Source of the DNA: Eledone cirrhosa
Lineage: Eukaryota
Direction: 5' to 3'
DNA: 64,000 bases
Assembly: GCA_964016885.1 (NCBI GenBank)
Contig: OZ024743.1
Location: forward strand, 314,030,001-314,094,000
Made by a program: the position numbers and the translations under genes. Positions within the stretch are counted from its first letter, which is position 1, and each line of letters begins with the position of its first letter. The notes below the pieces were generated by a model, which saw only the letters and a list, made by a program, of their open reading frames with translations, ran no database searches and was not told where the DNA came from. Shown here piece by piece: positions 27,200-40,134 of the stretch.

Positions 27200-28550
27200 G
27201 TTCATTGTTATAAGTGGTAACCCCGAAAAAAGAAAAAAATAGCAGAATCTGGTGTTGTGTGAGTAACATTACGAATACACAGCAAATTTTATTGACAAAC
27301 TCTGAAAATACGCAGTCAAAGAAACGCACACACGCACATATGAAATTTTCGTTCAGACAGACTCTTTTTCCCTCACGCATCCACTAACTGTCGCAGTTCA
27401 CTGTATATATATATATATGTTTCTCGTTTTTTCAACGAACACTTTAAAAACAAATAAAAAAGAAAGAAATTTGATTTAAAAAAAAAAACATTTCAACAGG
27501 AACATTTATTTTCGATGAATCTCAACCATTGCCTTTTTTTTCATCGTTTTCTTCATCGTTCAAGTCTTTTTCAGAGTTCTGCCCCCCCCCCAAAAAAAAA
27601 TATAAAATTGAACTCGCCATATTTGTTATGCTAAGTGAAGCCTTTTTTTCTTTTTCATCATTGTCACTTTCACACACATTTTTTCAAAATGGCTGCCAAC
27701 GACCTGTTGCACTATCATTTTCGCGCCATTTTCTCACGCATTAGAATTTTTTTTTTTCAACTTAACCTTGTTTTGGCACGTGTAGGCAGCAGGATTCTCG
27801 ACTCACGGAGATATCTCGATTCACTGAGATAGCCACACGCCAGGGATAACGTTTCTCGCCAAGGATTCTCCAGCCTTAATCTATATTCTCATATTTTTCG
27901 GTTTAAAAATTTACCACGTAAATTTGCCGTTGAAAACTGTGCATTTATTCAGAATGCTTATTTCTTTGGTCGCTGGCCTCTTGACCCTTCCAGGTCAACG
28001 CATTCTCAACATCGACCATCAACTTCGGCTTTTATTTCTAGCACTTTGCGCATCTCATTTTTTCTGAAAAAAATATTTTTACTGTGAATTTAAACATCGA
28101 ATACGCTCACTCCGCGAGACAAAAACATCAACAGCAACACAGCTTCATCAACAACCAAAACCATCAGAACAAGCCAGATAATTTATTTTTGCAGCACTCT
28201 TCCTGTGAGAAAATCCATTCGGAGGTTGGAAATTTCACGATATACCAAAGAACAGAAACCACCTGCATTTATTCTCTGGAACACACTTTCTTTCCTGCTG
28301 TCATGTGATTGCACACCTGTGAACTATATTTTGTACATTTGAACTTTGAGCTCTTCTCTTACTTTATTACATTGTATCTTTGGGTGATGGATAGATAGAT
28401 GTCCAGTCGGTCTCTGGCCAAGAGCGGTTGGCTACCTTGATATCTATCATTGATTTTTGCAAACATTATTTTATTTTCGTAATTTTCATGCCTGTTACAA
28501 CATTCTTGCACAACTTACTACATACATATTTCATTCGATTTTTATATTTT

Positions 28551-28570
28551 AAAAATCTGGCGGGGGATAA
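28551..28570 (+). promoter_or_regulatory. Putative polypurine tract
   Basis: aaaaatctggcgggggataa lies immediately 5' of the second LTR. Confidence 0.6.
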
Positions 28571-28959
28571 TGTCGCAGGAGTTGCCTCCCTTGTTGTGAC
28601 ACTCACAACCCCAATAGATTAACGCTCTCTAGACAGGAAGTAGAACCCTTTCTGTAACTTCCGGTCAGAACCTTATAAAACTAACAACTTTAAGTTCTCT
28701 CTCTCTCTCATATGCCTTTCCGGCGCCTGGCCTTCGCCAAGCGTCTTCTGGCAGCCGCGTTCCCCTGGCAATCAAAACGGTAACTAATAACTTTGCTTCA
28801 TTCTTTCATCTATTCATTGACATGTAAACTATACTGTTCTATATATCCACAAATTGTTAATTAAATATTATACACACAAACCAATCATGTTTGTTACATT
28901 CATACACACCAGTATTTTGCTATAAAAATTTCAGAGGCTAAGTTCTGAACAGAGACTAA

Positions 28960-29083
<124 letters not shown>

Positions 29084-29098
29084 CACATACACACACAC

Positions 29099-29164
<66 letters not shown>

Positions 29165-29166
<2 letters not shown>

Positions 29167-29650
29167 GTGGAAAAGTAAGAAATAGGAGAACAGACCGTTA
29201 ATACATGTTTATTTAAAACAGCACCTACGTTTCGCCCGGATGGGCTTCTCAAGGGCATAAATAACCAAAAAGTGTTCCTTACATGGCTCGGAAAGTGTTT
29301 TTGGAGGTAAGTTCACGTCACAGTTGATTCTCCGCAAAAAAGCGTGTTTTGATTTTGCAGGAGGTAACTCTGGCCGATGTTAGGGCAGTCTTTCCCGGAC
29401 AAATTTTTTATCCGTTACAAGATGTGGTTACAACCTTACCATTGTCGATACACACAGGGTCAGGTGAGCAACGGTTGTTTTGCGAAGAATGAACTCTGAC
29501 GTGAACTTACCTCCAAAAACCGAGCCATGTAAGGAACACTTTTTGGTTACTTATGCCCTTGAGAAGCCCATCCGGGCGAAACGTACATAGGTGGTGTTTT
29601 AAATAAACATGTATTAACGGTCTGTTCTCCTATTTCTTACTTTTCCACGT
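29165..29650. repeat. Inverted repeat, ~180-bp arms with a ~125-bp spacer, each arm carrying an HHR-like motif
   Basis: acgtggaaaagtaag... is mirrored by ...cttacttttccacgt. Confidence 0.92.
29223..29256 (-). ncRNA. Hammerhead-like motif, U3-A8 core variant
   Basis: Minus strand GCCC-TTGAGAA-GCCC ATCC GGGC-GAAA-CGT-A-GGT, with a weak stem I. The plus-strand copy at 29555-29592 has a 4-nt insertion near the cleavage site. Confidence 0.6.
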
Positions 29651-29812
29651 GCTTACGCTCTGCCAACTCTCTCGCCCACTAGATATTAACACCTCTAATA
29701 TCTAACACTGCCGGCACTGGGTACTGAGCACCTTGTGTATACACTACTTGGCAAATAACTACATGTATCAGCTACCCCTCCATTTTTCTCTCTCTCGATA
29801 CATAAATACTCT

Positions 29813-29853
<41 letters not shown>

Positions 29854-30024
29854 CAATATCGGAGAAAGCTTTTTAGCGATACTCCGGCCAAATTCCAACT
29901 CACTCAACAAACATTAGGAAATAAGTGATTATATTCCCAATTATGTGTTCGGGGTGCTAACTAAAAGTATTGCGTGGAAAATTGGCTGTATTATTTCAAA
30001 TGAGACATATCTAATATATCTCTT

Positions 30025-30151
30025 CCCAGACGGACGTCTCGTTTCATTATAGGATTCCTACAATTTGGGTGAAATTATGCCAATTTATGTAGGAGCTTGT
30101 ATACCATCAATAGATATGTTTTCAAGTGGGCTCCTATAATTCATCAGTGGG
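30025..30151 (-). ncRNA. Hammerhead ribozyme with 77-nt loop II, copy 1
   Basis: Minus strand CCCA-CTGATGA-ATTATAGGA-[77 nt]-TCCTATAAT-GAAAC-GAGACGTCC-GTC-TGGG. Confidence 0.8.
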
Positions 30152-30732
30152 TGCCCCAATAATACTAATATTGATAATCTAACCAACATCAGCATTTAAC
30201 GATAATCATTTTCTGTGCCTGAGGTATCTGTCAGGTTGCCAGTCCAGCAGTTCTAAAGAAGTGCTCGAACTGATTCAAAAAATGAGGAAGTGAATTACCG
30301 CCAAAAAAAAAACAATACATGCGCGTGACAATGAACTCTGAAAGGAATTCAGGCCACGTGCTAAGAACTCAATTGGAAATTGAAAAAATATCTATGTGTG
30401 TACAACATTTGATGACGCACACAGATATTTTCTCGGGCAAAATAACAGAATGAGATATAAGGAACAATCAATATTCATATATAAAAAATAAACAAAGAAA
30501 TGCTAACCTTATACCGGGAATTTTTTTCAAATCTGCTGCGCCAAGAGTAAATAAATATATACAATATCGGAGAAAGCTTTTTAGCGATACTCCGACCAAA
30601 TTCCAACTCACTCAACAAACATTAGGAAATAAGTGATTATATTCCCAATTATGTGTTCGGGGTGCTAACTAAAAGTATTGCGTGGAAAATTAGCTGTATT
30701 ATTTCAAATGAGACATATCTAATATATCTCTT

Positions 30733-30859
30733 CCCAGACGGACGTCTCGTTTCATTATAGGATTCCTACAATTTGGGTGAAATTATATCAATTTATGTAG
30801 GAGCTTGTATACCATCAATATATATATATTCAAGTGGGCTCCTATAATTCATCAGTGGG
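30733..30859 (-). ncRNA. Hammerhead ribozyme with 77-nt loop II, copy 2
   Basis: Core and stems are the same as in 30025-30151. The differences between the two copies fall in loop II. Confidence 0.8.
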
Positions 30860-31364
30860 TGCCCCATTAATACTAATATTGACAATCTAACCAACATCAG
30901 CATTTAGCGATAATCACTTTCTGTGCCTGAGGTATCTGTCAGGTTGCCAGTCGAGCAGTTCTAAAGAAGTGCTCGAACTGATTAAAAAAATGAGAAAGTG
31001 AATTACCGTAAAAAAAAAACAATATATGCGCGTGACAATGAACTCTGAAAGGAATTCAGGCCACATGCTAAGAACTCAATTGGAAATTGAAAAAATATCT
31101 ATGTGTGTACAACATTTGATGACGCACACAGATATTTTCTCGGGCAAAATAACAGAATGAGATATAAGGAACAATCAATATTCATATATAAAAAAATAAA
31201 CAAATAGAAGACATCGGGTGGAAATGCTATAACTTGGTTGATTATAATTTATTAGTAGTAACACTAAAACAGCTTTTAAGCATAATAGGACTTTATATGA
31301 AATCATATACCATATGTTTATCTAGCCTAGCTATCAACGAAAAATATGTTTCTCTCTGAAAATA

Positions 31365-31404
<40 letters not shown>

Positions 31405-31423
31405 ACACACCCACACACACACA

Positions 31424-31469
<46 letters not shown>

Positions 31470-31486
31470 CCCCCCCCCACACACAC

Positions 31487-31517
<31 letters not shown>

Positions 31518-32182
31518 CATCACACATATACACACACACCTATATATATATATATATATACAGAATTTAATAGAGAAATGGCTTCTACAGGACTGTTTTA
31601 TTTGTAAGAAATACATAAGTATACACATATAATGTATGTGTATGTTTGTGCGGGCTTGTGTGTTTGTGCAGACGTGTGTATGTATGCCTGCATAATTGTG
31701 TTGCATTTGTGCTTATACACGTGCTTAGATTTACACGGGTTTTCGACATAATTAATATATCAAAAATAGACCCAATGGATTCTCTTCGGGAAAATTAATT
31801 CCCATTGCAAAGCACTCGTAAATGAAAAAAATAATTACAATCCGTTATTTTATTTTACAAGCACTCCCTTCCGATATTCCATATTTCAATGAAGGATTTT
31901 TGGGTCTTTTAGTGCAGAATAATCTTTTTTTTGTATATATATTTAAAGGCAATATTGATCTGATTGCGTTATCGTAAATATTTATTTGATTATATATTTT
32001 GGTTCGTTATAATTCTTAAAACAGCCAAGAAAATTCGAGAATTCTTATATTCTTATACTAAATTGTCACTTGGTTCCATGGACATATTTGGTCTGTTGTT
32101 ATTGTTGCTTTTTTATAGTCATTTTTAATTTTAGTAGTAGTAATTATATTATTACTATTACTATTATTATTATCATTATTAT

Positions 32183-32733
32183 GGTGGATTGGCACAATCT
32201 GTAGAGCGTCGGACACCATGCTTTGTAGCATGGAGTTAAGGTCAATTATAGTCTGAGTTCAAACTCCGTTGAGGTTAGCTTTCCCTTTCATTGTTACGGT
32301 GTCGATAAAATAAAGTACTGGTAAAGCACTGGGGTTGGTTTAATCGATTTTGCCTTCCCAAAAATTGTTGGCCTTGTGCGTAAAGTAGAAACAATTATTA
32401 TCATTTGGCAGTATCGGTAGAGCGTCAGACACCATGCGTTGCAGCGTAAAATTACGTACCTTTACGGTCTGAGTTCAAATCCCACCAAGGTTAGCTATGC
32501 CTTTCATCCTTACGGTCGATAAAATAAAGCATCAGTAACGCACTGGGAGTAAATTTAATCGACCTCCTCCCCCCAAAAAATATTACTGGCCTTGTGTCTA
32601 TACTAGAAATCATTATTATTATTATTATTATTTCATCCTTACGGGGTCGATAAAATAAAGTACCAGTAATACACTGGGTAATTGCTGGCCTTGTGCCTAA
32701 CGTAGAAACAATTATTATTATTATTATTATTAT
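32183..32733 (+). mobile_element. Three tandem SINE copies separated by (TTA)n
   Basis: Units at ~32183-32400, ~32406-32615 and ~32632-32712, each ending gccttgtg..tagaaa plus TTA repeats. Confidence 0.85.
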
Positions 32734-35700
32734 TGAGTCTTTTTGCTCGCTCCCGTAAGTTCACTTATTTACTGGTTTTTTGAATTTTTGTTGTTGTGTA
32801 AGGCATACAAGCCCTTGGACTTTGCCCTGTGAAGGGGAAAGAATAATATTTGGTCCTTTTGGCCCAAATATTTGAACATTTTTTACAATTTAAAAAAATT
32901 TACGAAGAAGACAAAAACAAAGAAACATGGCTGAGCCAGGCCCCCCCCCACCGATATGTCTGCTGTCGTGCGACAACGACGTAGAAGATGAGAGGAGCAC
33001 TACAGCGACATTTACACAAATTGATAACACAAACACCACCACAAACAAGGTAAACAAAGACACCAATGATACCAATGAGAAATCTAATTTTGAAAAAAAT
33101 GACAGTAACAGCGACAACGAAAATACAGATAACAAAAAAAAAATGACAAATGCAACAACAATATCAACACCACTAACATGAAAACAAATAGCGACAACGC
33201 CAACAGCAACAATACCAATTGCACCGAGAACAACGGTGGCAACAAAGACAAAAATGATAACAGCGACAGTGATAACAACGACACCAACAAGAACAACGAG
33301 AACGACAACAACACCCCCAACGAAAACAAGAAGAACACTTTCGCTGCGGCAGCAGCAAAAAAGAGGCCATGCTCCAACATGGACCTCTCAAACAAAGATG
33401 AAAAGTTGGTCCAAGCATGGAAGCTCATCAAGCAAGAGCAAACCTGGGCCAACTTAACTGTCCCGGTAGAAGCTATTGAGGCACTGGAGCGCAGAACGGT
33501 GCATTATAGATGCATCTCAGCACAAACAAAAAGGGCAGCTTTAATCCCACAAGCAGATGTCGAAGTCGCGCTGAGATGCATCAGAGAAAACACTGAATAC
33601 ATAGCGAGGGGCAGACAGTACGGCACCATGTCCGTGTTGTTCAAGTCAGAAGCCCTCGCTATGAAACACGCTATGACTCCTTGCAAAACCAGCAAGGTCA
33701 TAATGTGCCCCTCCGACATGGGAAAAAGAACGGCCCGTCTCCGCATTCCCAGAATCCCTCCAGGGATTAACATGTGGTGGCTTCTGGGATGTGTGATTGT
33801 GGAGTGGACGGATACCATCCCTATAGAAGTGACCAGAACGGCCAGAGAGGACTGGTCCAGGGTTGACCTGGAGATCCTTCTCCATTCAGGCCCGAGAATG
33901 TGAAGACAATCCCGGACCACATCCGCCTTGAGAATGGGACGGTCATTCACATTATGACCGAAGGCAAAAGGCCGCAGTGTTTTGTTTGTGCGGAAAGAAC
34001 CCATTTTCGAGCCTACTGCCCTCAACTGCTGAAAGAGGCAAGGGGTCGAAAGGCTCCACTTCTGTCGGCGCCGGGGTGAGGACCAAAACCAACACCAGCA
34101 CCGGCAAAACCACCAACAACAACACCAATAGAAAGACCACACCAACATTGACCACCCAGGGGGAAACGAGGAAAGCTGTCAAATTCCCCCTCCCCCCAAA
34201 ATACACACATCAATAAAACTATAAACATACACAGAGACATACTTACAGACACAGACCCCTCATCTACCAGTAGTGAAGATGAGGGAAAATCCAAATCCCC
34301 CAAAATACAAAAAAAGGAAACACAAAAAGAAAAAAAAAACTCAACAAGGCACAAAATCACCCACAATAAAAAACGCAGACACCACCCACGCAAACATCTC
34401 TCCAATAACACCAACATCAACACCACCTTCACCACCACTAGAATCCCTCAAACGCAAACAACCTAAACAGACGCACGAACAAATATACACACAAACATCT
34501 GAAACCACAGACACCGCACTCACAACAAACACAGATACAACCGAAACAACACCACCAAAACCATCACCACCACAACCACGCAAACAAATAAAATCACACC
34601 AACAAAACAGACAAAACTTAGTGCTCGTCATGAGGGCCAACAAGGTACTGATGGCCCTCGTAGCACGAAATGAAAATATACAAAAAGAGGGGGACATTTT
34701 AAAATCGTGCACATTTCGCGTGCCGGAAGATTTGGTTCTGGTGAGAATGTCGCTCGATTTATACGAGACAGCTTTCCTCGGGACGTGGGAACCCCGAACG
34801 TAAAACCCACTTCAAGACTTTTAAAGGTGTTCCCAAAAGAAACACCACCAACTATAGAGGTCGAACCACCCAAACTTCACAAGAGCCCGGAAGGTAAGTA
34901 AACCTTTCCTCTCTCTCTTTCTAACCTGCCAACATGGCTGTATTAAGAGTAGGATGTTTAACTGTTCGAGGCATGGGATCTTCCTGGAAACAGGGTCACC
35001 TGCTCAACGACCTCAGGTCTCTAGAAATGGATGTAATTGCCGTCAGCGAGACCAGGGTTTCTGACACGCGCCCACTAGCCCCCATTTTCGACGACTATCA
35101 GATCTTTGCATCTGTTAGCCGGCCGGGAATGGGAGGCGGGTGGCAGTGCTGTTTAGGAAAGGTCTGGATCTCGAGGTAAGGTCGATCTTCCGGGACCCGG
35201 ACGGGAAGTTTGTGGTCCTGGACGTGAACAATAACGAAGGTGGTGCCTTTAGACTGGTGGCCGTCTATGCTCTTACTGGGGCAGGACGGCCGGACTTCTT
35301 TAGACGCCTGGAAGCCTTTCTGGGTACGTCTCGCCCTTTGCAGTTAGCGGGGGACTGGAACGGCATCTTAGACGCACGCTGGGACTGTGTGGGAGTATCC
35401 GATAGGAGCGGGGGGTGCAAAAGCCTCAACAATTCCAACTGTCTGACAGGTACCGAATATATTTCCCTAATGCGCCAGTGTGGACTTGGACTAACCGCAT
35501 AGGGTCATCTAGATCGTATATAGACAGGATATTCATTAGGAAAATAGACAGAAATAGTGTAAGCTGTCCACAAGTTTGTGATCTGTATGGTCGACCTAGA
35601 TAAGACGCGTAGGTTAGGACCTGGTTACTGGAAGCTAAACATGTCATTTCCGGCACGTAAGGCTTAGTCGAGCCTTTACTGCGTAAGGTGGAGCTGTTGC

Positions 35701-37365
35701 AAGGCATCCCGCTCGAACCGGGACGCGGAAAGGCTGTGTCGGCTTATGCGGACGTCATCACCGTGATGGTGTCGGCCACTTCAGAAATCGAGGTGGTTGG
35801 CAACTTATTGGAGGAATATGAAAGGTTGACGGGAGCAAAACTTAACCCGGTAAAGTCGGTGGGCTTGCAACTCGGCACCTGGAGAGGCAAGCCCATGCCG
35901 TCCAACAGCGTCGTCAGGCGCTGGACGGACGGACAGGTAAAGTTGATCGGGGTTTGGTTCGGGACAGACCTCCAGGTGGATAAGAATTGGGACGAGGTGA
36001 CAGGCAGGGTACCCAGTATCACCCAGAAATGGGCTGGGATGAAGCTATCACTGAAAGGTCAGGCGGAGGTGCGAACGCGTACATCGCGTCCGTCATCTAC
36101 TACCGTCTGACCGTCGTCCCTTGCCCCCGTTCGCGCCTCGCCATCTTGGAGCGGCTCTTCAACATTTGGTGGAGGGGTCAGGTTCCGCTGGTGAGGTGGT
36201 CCATCTGTGGCCAGCACCCTCTACGTGGAGGGCTGGACATGCCGTGGCTAATGCGCAGGCACGCGCTGAGGCTGCGGCATCTCCAGATATTCTGCCTAAA
36301 CGGTGAACAAGTGTGGTCGCCGTTTGTCAGACGGGCCTTTCCGCAGCTCGTTTCTTTGTCTGAGCTGCAGTCCTGGGCCAAGAAGAGACCGATACTGGGT
36401 GACTGGCATCTGGAATGTTGCCCGGCACGCACTGCCCTCTACCAGGCGGGCAATGCGGTCAGTGGAACTTCCACTCTCAAGTTCTATAGAGGATTAGTGG
36501 TGGTCAAGTGCGACGACGCACCCGGAGAGGCTCTGGGAGTCAACGAAGTCGAACTACCCAGTCTGTATTGGAGGACTTTCGAGCCGGGGCCGATGGATAA
36601 TTTCCCAAAATCCCTCGCTTGGTAGTGCTACAGAGGGGGGGGGGGCACTGCCCGTTCGAGATAAACTCTACAGGCACGGAAGTGCTGTCACGGACTTGCC
36701 CGAGATGCGCGCAGAGCGACGAAACCATTCTGCACGCACTCGTCCAGTGTCCGTGCATTACTGACTTATGGAGTTATGTTGAACAGCTGTTGTCGCGTGT
36801 AACGGATCCGGCTATCGGCCGAGTCCATAGTGAAGATCGATCCGCCGCCTTCTTTTGGCCAGGAAGGGCAGGCAATTTTCCTCTGTCTGGTGGCAGTATC
36901 GAAAGAGGTTGTATGGTGGACGAGGTTGAAATGACTGAAGACAGACACTTTTCTCTTCGGCCAATCCCTCATCAACTTTTTCAAGTTTCACTTGGAAAGG
37001 AAGGTGAGGGTGGAGAGAGAAGTGCTGCCCCCCAGTACATTTGCTGAAAGGTGGGTGAATGTGGCGAGAATGGCCCGTGTGAGTGGGCCTACTCTGGTCA
37101 TGCGGCTGTAGGTAGGTAAATTTGAGGAGAGGGGTGCCCTTCCAGGGTGCTCTCGAAGCGTCGGGTCGTTCAGGATTGGTGGGGTACCTGAGCGAACCCT
37201 GGGTGGTCATCCCCCCCCCCTATTGCGGATTTTTTTCTTGTAATTTTATTGTTACTTTGTCATCGTTATTCATATTGTTTACTCGATTTTTCTGTAAAAC
37301 CCCACTGTCCCAGTCTTTTGTATTGTCCCCTATATGTCGGCCCTTGTGGCCAATAAATGAAATCG
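32734..37365 (+). mobile_element. Tx1/L1-type LINE, copy B, with an internal deletion in ORF2
   Basis: 5' UTR, ORF1 pieces (32927-34901, Asn-rich N-terminus), ORF2 from 34934, and a 3' end caataaatgaaatcg. A diverged relative of copy A. Confidence 0.9.
34934..37111 (+). pseudogene. LINE ORF2 remnant: APE joined directly to the RT C-half
   Basis: MAVLRVGCLTV, GDWNG, SYIDRIF and GYWKLN, then a jump at ~35665 to EPLLRK..AYADV. About 1.2 kb is missing relative to copy A. Confidence 0.88.
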
Positions 37366-37371
37366 TTATTA

Positions 37372-37700
37372 TAGTCTGAGTTGAAATCCCGTCGAGGTTA
37401 ACTTTGCCGTTCATCCTTACGGGGTCGATAAAATAAAGTACCAGTAATGTACTGGATAATTGCTGGCCTTGTGCCTAAAGTAGAAACAATTATTATTATG
37501 ATCCTTATTATGGTGGATTGGTAGAGCGTCGACAATGATTTTCAGCATATAGTTAGGGCTTTTACCTGTCAGTTCATATCCCGTTGAAGTTAGCTTTGCC
37601 TTTTCTCCTTAAGGGGTTGATAGAATAAATCCCAAGTAACGCTGTGGGGTCGATTTAATCGACATTCATTGTTGGTCTCGTGTTTAAATCAAAATCCATA
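37372..37700 (+). mobile_element. Two further tandem SINE copies
   Basis: gttcatccttacggggtcgataaaataaagtacc core at ~37410, and a diverged copy from ~37510. Confidence 0.8.
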
Positions 37701-37774
37701 TTTCTAGTGACTTTGATTAAAGAGATTATGATTGCCAGCGAACTTCTTAACAATTTCGCTCTGCAGCATGTTAC

Positions 37775-37952
37775 GTGTTTGTCGTCATCGTCCTTTTCTT
37801 CTTCTTCTTGAGGGTGTTGGTGGGGGAAGAGTCCTCAAATACTCCTTCCAGCAGGCCCTTTCAGAAGCAACTGTCTCCAACTGATCCGGCTGGATCCCAA
37901 TCGAGACCAGCCAAGCTGATGGATTTTATCCATCCATCTTGCTCGGAATCTA
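37775..37952 (-). mobile_element. RTE-clade (Rex3/Expander-like) LINE extreme 3' remnant
   Basis: The minus strand translates, across one frameshift, RFRARWMDKIHQLGWSRLG../LETVASERACWKEYLRTLPP. This matches the RW.D....L.W.RLG..P..LE.VA.ER..W...L..LPP C-terminus of Rex3/Expander. Confidence 0.65.
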
Positions 37953-38463
37953 CCAACAAGTTTATTTGTTACATAAAATACATGGAAAATTCTAAGTATT
38001 TAGATACCCTCCATGACAGTTCAATCTTCACACGAGATCGAATCTTACTCGAGTATATACGGTATGTATATTTTATTGTTACTTTGTTTCTCTAATCTCT
38101 AGTTGCATGAATATCTTTAGTTTACTTTTCTTTAGACATCAGCCAATGTCAAGATAATTACCCGCGATATACGGACTCGTCTATTCTTGCTCATAAACGA
38201 AATCAAACCTTTCACTTCATTATACGTATATTCATAGAAAAGTTATATTGAATAAATAACGAAAAGAATTATTGGATACACACTGTTGGAAAACTGATTT
38301 ATAACATAGCTGTTGTATGGGAAAACATATACTCTCATAAATTGGGAAAATGAGATTCGACGGTTAATTAAAAGTCGCTATTGGAGGACAATGTTTTCTT
38401 ATTTCTTAAACTTATATGATTTATTACGATATGAAACCTCGAAACTTTTCGTCAGTAACTTGA

Positions 38464-38496
<33 letters not shown>

Positions 38497-38525
38497 CACA
38501 CACATATATATATATATATATACAT

Positions 38526-38574
<49 letters not shown>

Positions 38575-39059
38575 ATATATATTATATATATATATATACA
38601 CAATACACATATATCTGTGTGTGTGTGTTAAACAAAACAATATATATTTGGATATTCTAGATGCATAATACCAAAATATTAGCGAATGTAATAATCCCAG
38701 AGGAATATTATTTTGTTTCTCGGATTAATATGGAATTAAATATGGCCAGCATATAACCTGAGATACGCAGGAAGAGGTAGATTACAAAGAAGATCCTATT
38801 AGATTCTAAGCATGAAATCATGACTGATGAACTATAATATCTAATAATGAGGAGACATTCTCGAAATTTCTTGTTTGACGTGAATGAAGTGAAAAGGAAA
38901 AATTGTTGTATAATAGAATTTTACAGTTGCTACGATATTTAGATAATTCATTCGTGTGCTGGTTTAATGAGTTGTGTTTTTGGCAATCGACTCTTTTTAT
39001 TCGAGGATAGAACTCAGTCAAAGAATTATCAATTTCATTAAATTTTCTTTAAAATATCA

Positions 39060-39276
39060 TAATTGTTTCTACTTTAGGCACAAGGCCAGCGATTTGAAGG
39101 GGAAGGAGGAAGTCGATTAAATCGGCCCCAGTGCATTACTGGTGCTTTATATATCGACCCCATAAGGATGAAAGGCAAAGCTAACATCGGCGGCATGTGA
39201 AATCAGAACGTAAAGGGCCGCAATTCTATGCTACGAAGCATAATGTCCGACGCTCTACCGGTACTGCCAATCCACC
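39060..39276 (-). mobile_element. tRNA-derived SINE with Nin-type domain
   Basis: Reverse complement of the full consensus, including tggcagtaccggtagagcgtcggac. Confidence 0.85.
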
Positions 39277-39707
39277 AATGATAAACAGGAAAGATACAAA
39301 TTAAAGGATGAGGGGAGATGAAATAGGCGGGGTGAGACTCTAGTTTCTGGCTGGAAACTATATCCCACCTGTGTCTCATGGACAAGAATGCACAACTGTT
39401 GCCATGATGAACAACCAGTGATGTCCGCCGGAGTAGACACACTACCTTACATAACTCCTTCTTCGAGCTCGATGCCCTCATAACGATTCCGCGACGGAAA
39501 CTCTGAGTCCTCGGTCCAAAGACACTAAGTATTTCAATGGTGACGTATTCAAAGATGAATTGCTCAGTCAATGCCTGGTATGTGATCAAGAACGCATGCG
39601 TCAAATCCAATCTTGGCGTTGCTAATGCGTTCAGTCACTGGCCAATGCATTTCATACACAGACGTACAAATAAACGTCTACACACACACACACACACGCA
39701 CACACAT

Positions 39708-39765
<58 letters not shown>

Positions 39766-40071
39766 GTGTATCTGTGTTTGTGTGTGTTAATAACAGCTTA
39801 ATAACATTCACAAACACACAGAGGCACAAATACACAGGCACACACACATAGGCGACAAACCTCATCTCTGTTAGCAGAGTAAAGACACTAGATGTCTCAT
39901 GTGATGTCTTGTGTAATTTGTAGATTTTACTGAGAAACCAGTTGACGTGCAATATCATGTAGGATTATTCAACTACATGGTATTAAAATGAGATCTGTAC
40001 AGTAAAGTAATCACAAAATATATATATATATATATATACATATATATATTATATATATATATATACATACG

Positions 40072-40134
<63 letters not shown>

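Larger units (their letters stand above)
26814..28924 (+). mobile_element. Non-autonomous LTR retroelement (TRIM/LARD-like)
   Basis: Direct repeats 26814-27165 and 28571-28924 (TGTAGCA/TGTCGCA...TGCTATA termini). PBS 2 nt after the 5' LTR, purine-rich tract before the 3' LTR, AAAA on both flanks. The 1.4-kb interior has no gag/pol-like ORF. Confidence 0.88.
29846..31205 (-). mobile_element. Non-coding partial tandem repeat, 708-bp unit, ~1.9 copies, one HHR per unit (retrozyme-like)
   Basis: atacaatatcggagaaagc occurs at 29851 and 30559. The repeat is homologous to 47600-48692. Confidence 0.8.

Noticed and set aside
38821-38870. CTGATGA...GAAA as a hammerhead
   Set aside because: Stems I and II do not pair in register.
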